A stretch of DNA of 64,000 nucleotides from Perkinsus chesapeaki ATCC PRA-425 (taxonomy: Eukaryota > Protista > Perkinsozoa). The position numbers and the translations under genes are program-made. This document shows positions 26,401-38,860 of the stretch, piece by piece; within the stretch, counting starts at the first letter, position 1, and the number at the start of each line of letters is the position of its first letter. The stretch lies in NCBI GenBank assembly GCA_013115145.1, contig JAAPAO010000113.1, positions 8,810 to 72,809 on the forward strand. The letters run 5' to 3'. The notes under the pieces were generated by a model. It did no database searches. It was not told the DNA's origin and saw only the letters and a list, made by a program, of their open reading frames with translations.

Positions 26401-27505
26401 CTGCGGCAGCAACTCCTCCTGCAGCCCCGCCGATATAACCTAAAATGGTAGTAGCTCTTCCACTGGTAGCAGCAGCGGTTCCGGTACTTTTCTGTTTTCC
26501 TTCATTCTTTAATGAGGCAAGATACTCCTGTTCATATTCATCGTCAGTATCCTTCTCCCAGCTTTTACCTACCAATATTCGATTCAGTTATCCCAGTATA
26601 GCAACTGCCACCGCCAGCTGCAGCTGCTGGCCGGTCGCCTATCGAATTCGTATAGTCTATCGATTTACTATGTTCAACCAGCATTAAAGAGTAACATACC
26701 GGCCCCTTCTCAAGCCCCACTACTTCCTTTTCGCTTTGCCTTCTCTATCTGTGATACTATTTCCTCTTCTATCCGTTCATCATCCTTCCCTTGGTTAGCG
26801 TCCTCCTTTGATGACTCACTGGGCATTAAACTGCAACTCTGCACTGGCCTTTACGAACATGTGACACCTCTAGCACCTCTATTCACCCATTTTAAAGTAC
26901 ACCGTCCAAGTAAAGAGGTTATCTCACTGAAGAGCCTTCGATACTACTGATGCTGGGAAAACTATAACGCTTGATCGAATTAAGTTACTAATGCAGAAGT
27001 TGAACTCATCAGTCTGATAGGAAATATGTAACAAGGACATATAAGGTTGTTGTTTTCCCTACAGGAATATTTCATCATCATTCACAACTATGGGTAAAAT
27101 GCGAATTAGGTGTCATGATTCCGCTCTCGCCAGGAGAACTTGTTGCCAGTGGACATAAAGATACCACCGCGGTCGACTTTTCAGCGCCGCTGGGGTGGTT
27201 TAGTTTGGGAAATACTCAAACTCAATGACATTATATTACATCACATCCTTATTGTCATGATAAATATTTTATTTATTTTTTCAACAGGTATATAAATCTA
27301 AACAAGTGATAATAAATACAACAGGTGAAGAGAGCCTTCCAATTCATTATTCGTCATTATTAATAATTCCCACATTTACGCTGCAATAAGATAAGGCTCG
27401 AATAGCGTCACCTTTTCCTCAAAACATGCTCCTAAGGCGACATTTTTTAAAAATACGTTACAGAAATCCACCCCTGTGGACCTTTGATACATATCAATCT
27501 ACAGT

Positions 27506-28790
27506 TCATACTATCACATTGTCGAAGCCCAATCCCCAGTTGGTGTCCCCTTCCTGAACCAGCCTGACCGCAACCCTCTTGCCGAATCCATCGGCGGTCT
27601 CCTCCCCTAGGTACAGAACAGGCGGATTGCCTCCACAGACTTTGATATTATCGAGCCTTAATGGATTTATTTTAATAATACTCTCCGCCGTCGCCAGAGT
27701 GGCTTTGATGTCTTCTTGATGATGATGATAACCAACAAAGAAAATGCAGTTTTCTGCCGGATTCTTGATAGCAAAGACATTTTCGAGCTTAACAAAGGAC
27801 ATGTCGGAAAGAGACTCAAACAGGATATTGAACATTGGATATCGAGTTATCAACTCTACTGTGAGTGTCACTCTCCCATTGCCCATAGCGTTACCAGTAG
27901 TAAGTACGATATTCTTCGGATGCCTGGAAGTGGCGGGGCCTTGGCCAACCAAATGAGGAGGAGTGTCTACTTTCATAGGGCCTTGGCCAAACAAATGAGG
28001 AGGAGTGTCTACTTTCATAGGGCCTTGGCCAAACAAATGAGGAGGAGTGTCTACTTTCATAGGGCCTTGGCCAACCAAATGAGGAGGAGTGTANNNNNNN
28101 NNNNNNNNNNNNNNNNNNNNNNNNNNNNNNNNNNNNNNNNNNNNNNNNNNNNNNNNNNNNNNNNNNNNNNNNNNNNNNNNNNNNNNNNNNGTCTACTTTC
28201 ATAGGGCCTTGGCCAACCAAATGAGGAGGAGTCTCTACTTTCATAGGGCCTTGGCCAACCAAATGAGGAGGAGTCTCTACTTTCATAGGGCCTTGGCCAA
28301 CCAAATTAAAAGAAGGAGCATATACCCCTGGAGTGGGAGAGGGGTCGAGGGGAACCGCACAATCTAATCTTGTGAAGACACCGGCCTTTGTTTTCTCCAC
28401 CCTGTAGTAGAGCACAACCTTGCTTTCTTTATAACATATGACAACCTTATTCTTTCTTCCAGTTGTTTTGCTCGCTTGTGGTTCCCCGGTAAGATAATAG
28501 CAACGACCGAAATTATTAAACTTGGATAACGTAAGCGAGGAAATCTCCTTCAAAATGCCGAGTTGCAACGCATTGTATGTGCCGTGGATGTCATAGAAGG
28601 CAACCAGGGAATGGGAATTACCAGGTCCTGCGGACAACCTTACTCTGGACATTTCAGGCCAGCAAGTCCTAGTGTTATCGTTTGCATATCCTTCGTAGGT
28701 ACCCAGTGGAAGGTCTCCTTCCTTCAAGGAGATGCTGCCAACAGCTCCATAAAGCGAGAGGCTCGCCAATAAGATACTTCGTGTGAACAT
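27506..28790 (-). CDS. Secreted protein with internal 14-aa Pro/Gly repeats (VGQGPMKVDTPPHL)
   Basis: Signal peptide MFTRSILLASLSLYGAVGS. The two listed ORFs (27891-28790 and 27506-28078) share the repeat frame on either side of an N gap (28094-28190), so the apparent frameshift is probably a gap-size artefact. Confidence 0.75.
27935..28305 (-). repeat. 42-nt coding tandem repeat
   Basis: gggccttggccaaccaaatgaggaggagtgtctactttcata units on both sides of the gap. Confidence 0.97.
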
Positions 28791-29590
28791 TTATAGTGAT
28801 AAATAACAATAAGCTAGCGAGGGTGTCCAATCAACCTATTGGGAATCTTATCCGGCAGTTTATTGATCCCCCCCCAGATAGGATCCTCTACACCGTTTCA
28901 CACGTGGTAACAATTTATCAAAACCCTCAATGAACAATATCCTGGACCAGGTTTCATCACCATCTATGTGACTTGGTTAAGACCTATTTTCGCGCTGCAG
29001 AGGCCTTTGTGAAAGCCAGTTAATAAAACTTATTATGTTCCTATTAATTTCCGTTTTTGTGACACTCAACTTGGCCGCGCCTATAAATCATCGTGCCGTC
29101 TCGCTCAGAGCAAGTTACTCTTCCTGGGAGAGTCTTCCACCACTGCAGGCATTCCAGTCCTTCCGGATATGCCAAGTTATTTGGAATTTCATCTGGGCAA
29201 GATTTGACGTCTTCCCACTCCTATTTGGAAAATACCAACTTCAATTTTGACTAGTGAATAGAGGATACGATTCTCGTTTGGGAGAGTCCGAGATTCGACA
29301 TGACTCATACTGATGATTCATATAGCAGATATGGCTCATCATCATTTCGAATAGTAGCCCATTTCATCCGGTAAAATCTCTCTCATCTCTCTGACCATTT
29401 CATAATTGTCTTTCCATCCAACCATTTGGTACGATGTCACACCAAAGCCGCTTCGCATTTTAGAAATCCAGGTTCATCCCAGCTAACGGTTCCCAGGAGG
29501 AAGAACTGCAGAAAAGCTTTCGAGAAGGGAAAGAACTTCACGCTATATATTCAGCAGAAGTATGCAGTATTTCAACAGGAAGGTTTTTCT

Positions 29591-29662
29591 AAATTACTAT
29601 TGACAGGGTTCGAACCAGGGTCGCATTCATGGTAGCCGAGAAACATAACCGTCAGACAGATT
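29591..29662 (-). pseudogene. Degenerate tRNA-like sequence (Glu/Gly-like)
   Basis: Minus strand TCTGTCTGACGGTTATGTTTCTCGGCTACCATGAATGCGACCCTGGTTCGAACCCTGTCA has A/B-box-like motifs at tRNA spacing with broken stems. Confidence 0.45.
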
Positions 29663-30189
29663 CGACTCTCAAAAATAATCTTTATTCAACAGCGTTGCTA
29701 TTTTGATCTACTGCGTGAAGCCTAGAGTCTCGTGTCTCGATATTGGATATTGAATCCTAATGTTTCATTCTTTCTCCTTCTTCAAGTTAGCTAATACCAT
29801 CAACTGGCTGCGCTCAAGGTTGGACGAAATGAAAGGCAATTATTGAAACGTGCCAACTTGTCTCTGAACAGCCGTAGCGGACGAAATATGAACGAAGTAA
29901 TTTGCACTGGATCAACAAAAAATGATAAGAGGATCGCCCAGCAGCAATGGGCGGGATACAAAGGATCAAATTAGACCCTCCAAATCCGTGGACAAAATCC
30001 TTGTGGAAAGGGTCACGTTCGAAGTGTTACTCAGAGAGCAATATGATATAGACTTGAGTTGTAGAGCGGCAGCAGAGAGCTTTCTTAATACCTTTATAAA
30101 CCTATTGTGCAGCAGCAGTCACTTGATAAGTCCAGTTTTACAGAATGGCTAGGCTAGTCATTTGGTATATTAAGTAGGCTTATTATTAA

Positions 30190-33100
30190 ATGAATGCCGA
30201 ACTCATATTTCCACTAATACTATTTTCAACCCTATCCATTTACGTATGTTATAATTTATACACATATGCTCGACACCAGACCCCCAAAAGTTCGTTCATT
30301 CTCTCATGTTGCGGTATGATACTATCGGTCCTCACATTGACCCTTGTGCCATATGACCTCAGCCGGACTGCCTCCCCCAACTCCAATGGCCTGGCAATAT
30401 CGTGGCGAGTGACTTATTGGCTCTCCTTTGCTCTATCGTGGGTGGCATTTCCCACTATGACTCAATACGAAAAAGTTCACTCCATTAAACGGGCATTTCG
30501 TCGTAATATATACTGGCATATCTTGTACGCCATTATCGGTATTGTAGCTCTATTGTATCTTTGGTTCCATGGTGACCTCGGTCTCTCTGGTATAGTTGGA
30601 TTCATCTATGCTGCCTCGAATGCCTGGGGTTTGGTATTGGTAACATTTTTGATGGGTTATGGGTTGGTAGCTATTCCGCAATGGTTAGCAGTTCTTGCTA
30701 AGGACGAACGCTTAATACAAGCATTATATGCTCAAGCGGTACAAGGAAATGATGTAATAATGGAACGGAGATTTGGGGAAAATACGGTATGAAATTGGAT
30801 TAGAAACCTTAATAGTGAGCTTAGTGCCTCACGTATTAATTATTTTTCGAAGCATCAATAATTTTCCTTGGAGATCCAAAGTTGAAGACAAAAAGATGAT
30901 TTTCTTCATCTATTCAAGGTTGCCCTGCTGCGGGCCAAACCTGATTTGAGTTCTTCACTACTAGATGATATTCTCGCGATTTATAAGGAATCTGCAGATG
31001 GTTATCGCCTTATGTGTGTTTGCTTAACAGGCCCGATTGAAGAGCAAATACGAGCTCACGGATACTTTTAATGCCTGCAAGAACATACCGTTATCGTCCA
31101 TGGACGTGTCAGCAAGGGAAAAGGTGATACCTCGGGAAGTTGAGGGAAAGCCGGTATGAAATTCCCTGTAGACTAGTTCGTTGCTTGGAGGCTTTAGACA
31201 TCGATGCTTCGAAAATGGTACAGGAATTTATCATCTGAAAAATCACTGTTGAGTGTTTGGAGTGCGCCTAGTCGAAAGCTATTGGTAGAGTAGTAGTACT
31301 GTGACTATCATCAGATGCGTGAAAGCGCGGAGTTCTTGGGAGTGTATTGGAATAGCCGTCGTAGTGACGATGATTCGTTCCACAGCATATCCAATGGAGA
31401 CGAGGATCCTGTTGAAAAGGAAGAATCTGGTAATAGAGGAATGGGGGCTTTAAGATACTTCTAGGCGTGGGCCTTATAGGATTCATCGCTCATGGTATAA
31501 TGAGCGCATTTTGATTGATACGTATGAGACTGGTAAAGTGTTCACATTGTGATATGCCTGTGTTTTGCCTGGCTGAAGCTCAGAGCAGCTTTTGGAATTC
31601 ATTGTTGAGTTACACTGTGTAGAGTCTACAGCTCAACAACAATCAGTTCCAAAAGCTGCTCTGATATACTGCTAGTTTGATATAATATATAGTATTAATG
31701 ACGTATTATTCTTCGACACATACCATACTGACCTATAGAGGGATATACAATCTGGTATTAGAAGTGAGGCCTTCTACTGGAGGATACAGCGTTATCGTAT
31801 ATAATAATAGTAGATAATTATAGTAGTATTGAATCAATACGATCAATGACTTATTACTATCAGTAGTAATAAATCACTAATTATAAGAAAGTAGTTATAA
31901 GTCTTATATAAGTTATAAGAACTTATTATACCAAGTTTTATATAATCCCACCGCTTTCTAGTTTGGAGATCTCATCGCCTTGTAGGGTCTCCCCAAGGGG
32001 AAGCGTTAATTCCTGATAATAGTAGCCAACTATCGAGAGAATCAATAGAAGTATCGATGACCAAGTTGGAGGAGTCATTGGCTGAAGCACGGAGGGAAAA
32101 TCATAGGTAGAGTGACAGGTGGGAAAGTTTATGAAGAGTACTTTGGAGGAAACTTAATAAAATTGGTTCTCAGTGGATTTCATTTGAAGTGGGAGTTTCC
32201 GATATCCCACAATGATACATGTTTTCAAAAAGGATTTTGAAATGTAATAGATTTCCCACTTTCCCACTTCTGCGTTGTTTGGAGAGGAGGCGACATTATT
32301 TCCCAATTCGGAAGGTTATTCGTATAATCATTATTTAAAGTGCTAAATTGTAGCCATAATGGGTACATTCAAGGAACACTACTCAATGGGAGGCTTGTAC
32401 GTAATGGGAGACATTTGTCGGAAATCCAGTACGTTTCGAGGTTGTAGAAGTAAGTTCAACTTTGGAGCATCTTTTTGCATGCCCTTCTACTTCATTTTTC
32501 CTCATAACAGCTGACTTACACTTAGATGGTCGGATTTGGTCGATAAAGCTGTGAAGGTTGAAGATAGGATGTCTCGGCGAAGTGAAATGCCGGATAGGCA
32601 GGGTAGATGGGAAACCGTGAAGAGATATTTGGTACTAGGAGTCTCGGGAAGGCCCGGCTTGTTGCATATTATAGCTCGAGCAAGATCACTAGCTTCTCCG
32701 TGAATAGTCCTTATTGGCAACTTACCGGTGTATGATTGATGTCTGTAATCCTGTTGCTATATAATCTCTGTCTGTATCCAGAGTTGGTACTATTTCTGTA
32801 CAGTTTTCTAACCTCAACCATATGATGCTTGTTCTAAATGCGTATAGAAAGTAGTGAATATCACTACGCTCACGGAGCTTGTTTCACCATGCACGGCATG
32901 ACCTAGCTGTGCAGAATACAGAAAGCAATTATTCCAGTCATTATCGACTTATTGTTAAGAATGTTGAGGTGCTCTTCATCGTTATCGTTTAGTGATGATA
33001 TAATGTGTAGTACCAGTTTTATAGTGGAGAGAGCCGTGTAGCCTCCTGCCTGTATGTTAAATGTTTACAGTAACTATTGATAGTGGAAATGTTGTTGTAA

Positions 33101-36100
33101 CGTGTGTGAATGGTATCATAGTTATTTGATGACCAGTGATAGTCTTAGGAATTCGGGGATCGGGTGACGTCAATATTGCGCATGCGTGCGTGACAGATAA
33201 ATTGAACGAATTCCTTGCCATTAAATTCATAAATTTAGTCTCATCTCGGACTTGTATTAATTTCATGATATTATTGCATATAACTGATGGCTATCAGACT
33301 CGGGGCACAGTATAAAATTAATCTTAACCCGAAATACCCGTTTTTTAGCAGGGTATAATATTTTCATGTATGTATGATATGGTATTTTAGTTTACTGTCT
33401 ATGATACAGTAACGTTTACACTCGTCCGAGGTGTATCGGGAATATGTGCCTTTTTGAGTGGAATCATTATAATTGGACAGGTAAAAAGGGATGCATATTA
33501 CTAGTAGTGTCCACGGTTCTAGACTTACCTTAAATACTCATTTTGGTGTTATTGCTCGTAAGTAGTATATCTAAAGATATAGATGTAGATAAGATATTTA
33601 TGTATTATCGTACGTTTCTATGATATTATAATGTCTAATATATTTTACTCATGATGTAGAATCCATTTAGGCTGTCAGATGGCGGATAACCACCGTCGCC
33701 TTGAAAAGTGCGTTTTGCGTCCTTATTCGCATTTAGGCTTTCTTGCTGCTTGTCTTTGATATCGATAAGAACGATCACCAGCTGGTTCTCGATGGAAATG
33801 CTGACGGAACTTGTCGATAATCTTCTGTTTGCGCCAATTCAAGCTTCATTTTCAGGCTACTCAGTTTTGGTCCTGGAGGTGGCTCAGTCTATTAGGAGTT
33901 GGTTACGACCGGATTGCTTGGGTGCTAGGGATTGCTGAAAGTAGGTCATCAACCACATGGATGACTAAGTCGGTAGGCAATGCAAATTTCCAGCTTTTTT
34001 GTGTGGGGAAATCTTACAATACCCATGCTTGTGGAGCATGATGATTTTCTGAACATTGTCTCGTTGGCACAGAATTATGAGTGCATCCAGTGAACTTCGT
34101 TAACTGGGCTGGGTGGTTTGAAGGGGGCTTCCACAGGTCATGGGTGGATAATTGGACTTAATTCTCCACTTTTAACTTCTTTATGTTCATAGATTTTGAA
34201 AATCCAAGAGCATAAGAAATGGGAAGAAGTGAAACTGATTTTTCTCTTCCTTTCAGGCGAAGGTCTCTCTCCATTGAAAGCCACGACGATCCTTCAGTTG
34301 GCAGCTGGCGCACCGTTCCTTTATGTGGTCGGTTGTTCTTATTGGTCACTTTTTAAAATAAAAGTTAGTGGAGCTTATGGGCTATATACTCATCACCATA
34401 CTGACACGTAAGTTCGCGTAGGGAGCGGTATCCACGGAACACTACCATTGGAAATATCTTACCATAGTGACTGGCACATTTCAGCGGATCTACCGAATCC
34501 GAAGTCCGTTCTCATCTAGGATGCGTCCGCTTCTTGAGTGAGTGTCAGTTTCGAGCCTAACACGGCTATGGAATAATTTCTGCTGGGTGGTGGCCTATTT
34601 AAGACATCAGTCACCGAAATGAATTCCGAATATTCGAATATCGATCCTCGGATTTGGTGAGTTCGATTGGGTCGATTGGCTTCAACAGCGGCTCATAATA
34701 TGAAGTAGATTTAATCATAACATTATAATGTAGTACGCTATATCGTTCCCATACAACTAAGCAACGAACCATGTGCAACACGGGCTCACAATGGGGGGAG
34801 CCTCCCAGTCGAAGTGGGTTTCGTCGTTTGGTAAGAAGCAGCTGCTTGCCTACGATAGTCACTTCCGCCGTATGAAAAAGCTAAACGCTGAGGATAATCT
34901 TTTCAGGAGAGGCGGATTGCTCGTCAAGAGCCTCTTGACAAGAGGGGCTCATTAATATTGAGCCAATATTCTCTCTCCACTTCGTGGTGTGCCTCGATAC
35001 CAGACACAGCGAGAATACTTGTATGGACCAGAGCACTTCGGGGAGCCAGAACAGTCGTGCGAGCTCAAGGCAAGCACGCGCAGTATTCTCCGTGCGCTTC
35101 GCACTCGGTGGTCAATGACTGCGCAGCTGCGCGGGAGCATGCAACGCATATTTTTGCGAATATGAGTGGCCTGTACCAGTGAAGCAACCTCACCTCCGAC
35201 GGTGAGATGCACGCTACCGCAGTTAGGCCTGTCAGGCCCACCAGTCGGCACATGACCGTCGAAGGGGCTCGCAGCGAGCCTTTTACATGGGGCATTCGAT
35301 GGAATGCAAGCCCAAATAGCTCGTTGTGAATCGAGTCCTGGTACCGTGCATCCTCTATCTCCAATCGCAGTGCGACTTAATAACTTCCGGAGAGTACTCG
35401 ATGTGCTTGTGCACCTAATTGGTCCAGACGTTAAGTCTTGTGTATTCGATATGAAGGGAACCCCAGTCGAGGAAGTGTGGCCTTCTCCATTTTGGCTGCC
35501 AACTATCTCAAGTTGGCAGCTCTTAAGCTGCGGACGTGAATAGATGATGCAATCAGGAGATAGTGTTTTTCACGTGGTGCTCTCCCGCATCCTTGTGAAA
35601 AGCTCCTGTGAACCTGAGAACTACTTACCTAAACCTGAAACTCGTCACTAAGTTTCCGCGCTTCGTTCTGAGTTTCACACTCGAGTTGATATATGAGTAT
35701 TATAGTTGTCGTGATCATCGTATCATAGTTTATGATGATGATTGGTGTGGGGTGTACAATCTAGTGAAGTGAAAATTCACAGTTGTTAAGGGAGGACTGC
35801 ATAGCAAATATACATTTTCATAGATGATTTTTAGCACGGCATATTGGTATAATTCATAAGTAGAAATTATAAATATATATAATTTTCTCATTTATTATTG
35901 ATAATATTGCTTTTGGATTCACCTTCATTATTTATCCATGTTACATGAACGGTGCATCTTTCCTCAGAATATCTCTACTATGGTGTTCATCAATGGTGGC
36001 ACGTTTAAGCTTTCCGCTAGCTTATAACTATCTAAGGCTATTACGGATACCTGATACCGATACGACATATGGTAAGAGGGTCTTGTGATGGCTTGCCACA

Positions 36101-37017
36101 CATTAACCGATCCCCGGATCATTGATCGATGGTGGGAAAAGAAAATTTTAAGATTTTTCCAGAAAATTGTGGGATATTTTTACGCTGCATTGAGGAGGGG
36201 ATCTTATTAAAAGAAGCGATGAGGTAATTTTGGAGGTCCACCAAGGAAGCCAGACAGATATATTAAAGTTCTTGGTTCAATCGACTATGTGACATAATTT
36301 CGTGTTCAGGTCGCTTGTTCGGTCGGCCGATCTCCGCAGCTCCCATAATTGGTGATGGTTTTGTTACATACTTTCCTCTGCTTGTCCTGGTAAGTATCGG
36401 AGCATTGCAGAATATTTGCGGAAGTAGGCAGAAGTATGGGAATTGCGATCGTATTTCTCCTCTGATACACTCGTCAAGTGCTTCCTAAGTGGGCCTCCTA
36501 TTTCGCATTTTAAAATATGTAACGAAGTTAAGATTGAAGTATCGAACTCGTGGTAGACGGTGATAGCGTATGTTGCCAGTCGACAGTCTAGGCTGGAATA
36601 ACAACGTGTATGGGTGAATTATTGCCATTAATCTATAGCTGTTTCAGCTTTACTACAATTCGAACCAAACTGCTATGCAAATTCGCTTGAATTTGATTTT
36701 GTACGCAACTTCGCGAAACTCGAAAGACGTCCCAATCCCAAGTAGAGGTTCGATGTAAGATGGGATTGTCGTCGTGTCAGGTGTTGGCGGTGCTTCAACT
36801 GACTAATATGTATCAGAAGGTCATTACTTGGCTGGGCCTGCAAGATGTGTTGGAATTCGAGGACAGTGGGATGAAGCATGATGAAGCGGTTGTGGATGAG
36901 GTATCTTTGGCAATAGTCATTCGAAAGTGTGGATCGATTTGCTTTTTCGGGTATCATAGAAATGTAGAACTTGCGTCCGAAGCGGGACGCCGAGTGATAT
37001 CGGGTCGGCCGCTATAG
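30190..37017 (+). CDS. LMBR1-family (LMBRD2-like) multipass membrane protein, multi-exon with two ~1.5-kb introns
   Basis: LVPYDL; W..YWLSFALSW..FP; ASNAWGLVLVTFLMGYGLVAIP; later exons YVVGCSYWSLFKIKVSGAYGLYTHHHTDT, SLLWCSSMVARLSFPLAYNYL, APIIGDGFVTYFPLLVL, LTNMYQKVITWLG. The last exon is approximate. Confidence 0.82.
31580..31664. other. 85-nt intronic inverted repeat (hairpin)
   Basis: Perfect 18-bp arms tcagagcagcttttggaa / ttccaaaagctgctctga, plus inner ttgttgag/ctcaacaa and gtag/ctac pairs. Confidence 0.85.
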
Positions 37018-37849
37018 AGAGTGGTGTCTCAAAAAGATACCGGCAGTATTACGTGTACTGTACAATTTGTACGCTAGAGTTGGGCAGGATTCATACTGTA
37101 CAAACATAAAGCGTGAACAATTCTATGCCTAAATTCAGACCTTAGTTCATCGACTTTCGCGTGACTATCAACGTTCATTAGGATTTAATTTATTCGTGAA
37201 ATTGAAGATACTAGTCTCGCATTGCAAAGAATCGTGATACACGTAACGAGGGCAACCCAGGAGCTACCTGGTGGGGTCTTGAGGATCTAAAAGGACGATG
37301 CCTATTAGGCATGGAATCGTTCTTTTAGAGGCTTTTTAGTAAAAACCGTAAAAACTTTTCACGGGGTTCATAGCACGTAAGTCAGAAGTTCTAGGCATTG
37401 CGTTAAGAGTGCACCACTCATAAGTTAAGTCCAAGTGCACACCCGAATGGGGGCCGGATGAAGCCCTGATGCCCAAGCTCTCATCGACCGGTTTCTGGTA
37501 TGTTTATCGAAAGCAAAGCTTGTCTGCTTATTTAGGGGCAAAGACTTATCAAACTGGAACGGTTAAAACGAGATATTCCGCCAGTTGACCTTTATGGAAA
37601 TATCGAAGAAGATGATCTCAGGTGGTTATTCAAGCCAAAGCGTGTTTAACTTAGGTTTGTTTCGGGTTTTGGTAGTTCTACGTCGGCCTGTTAGGTATCT
37701 ACGTGCAATGCCATGATATGTATTTAGTCTCTTATTGACACAAGTTTTTGGTTTACCAAATCTGCTAAAAGCTCCTCGTCTTTCGTGATGAATTTTTTTC
37801 CAAATGAGTAAAGTAAAATTGGTGCATCCCTTATCATCCTTTCTACTTT

Positions 37850-38090
37850 GGAAGTATATGCTTTCTCCAGCACAAATCTCGATGACTGAGTCGATCTGCT
37901 GAGGATTGCTATTCCTTATTATTTCTTCCTCACCATACATCTCGTTGTCATTCGTTCATTTAGCATTGTGGTTTATATAACATGCAGGATAATAAGGGCA
38001 TAGATCCCTCTATTTGTTGCCTATTACTGTATTGGCCATTCCTGTATAGTATGTACACTAGTATCATATGCCAATGAAGATGCACCCGTT
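37850..38090 (-). pseudogene. Possible decayed SET-domain fragment
   Basis: One frame reads ..ACYINHNAK*TN..VIEICAGESIYFQ, resembling the SET motifs (R)FINH.C.PN and DI.AGEEL..DY; several stops. Confidence 0.35.
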
Positions 38091-38860
38091 GTTGCCCACT
38101 ATAACACATTTCTACTGCTTGCAGGTTACAGCTGTCACAATCGTTATTGAAGGAGGGCACGGATAGTAGAACGTGAAAGAGAGAAGAGTTCGTTGAATTT
38201 GCTTGCTACTGTCTACTCGTCTTTTTTGTGGTGTTTACTTTCTGGAAGCTTTGCCTGTCGGTTGCTCAAGGGTATTATTAAAGATATAATAAGCTTCTCG
38301 AATTCATCGCCGCCGTGAGCAACTTTCTTTCACTATGAAGGAATCCTCAAAGTGTAATGCTTCACACAGTGCCAGTAGGTTGAAGAGCCGGGTTTCGGGT
38401 TCGCCATATTTCCGGGTTTGTGTAGTCGTTTCTTATTATAATGCCACGACGCCCTCTCTTAGTTTTGGAAGGTACCGAGGTGGACCAAACCGTATCTGGA
38501 ACTTGGAGCATGTAAGAATGATTACGCTTTCTTCATCCACAAAAAGTCCAATATTATATTATTTACCAAAACCCACCAAAAGGCCCATAAGGGGACCGTC
38601 TAATGGATCCAAGCCTCAGCAGCCACCTGTCACAGAGGCTCATGAAGGCACCGCACCTTTCCGTCTGTTTAGAGGCAAGATCGTAAGCCCTAAACAACGT
38701 TAACGAACGAGGGACCAGTTAGACGTTAACCGCAACGTTAAGCAGTTAATATTTAATTAAATATATATAATAATTAACTATTATATGCAAACATTTGATG
38801 CATATAATATTATACATACTTCAGTCTTATTTAGTATTATCAGCAGTCTCAGCAGTATGG

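Noticed and set aside
24600-27400. Short ORFs such as 25607-25834 and 26378-26575
   Set aside because: No domain, splice pattern or start context; probably decayed or intergenic sequence.
27716-28367. Plus-strand ORFs with RRSVYFHRALANQM repeats
   Set aside because: Antisense shadows of the 42-nt repeat; the minus-strand frame has the signal peptide.
32820-32870. ATGATG plus gtagtga/tcactac hairpin as a C/D snoRNA
   Set aside because: No suitably placed D box or terminal stem.
38695-38750. Three CGTTAA(C/G) motifs upstream of MAPKK as a promoter element
   Set aside because: Too short and AT-rich to support without genome-wide enrichment.
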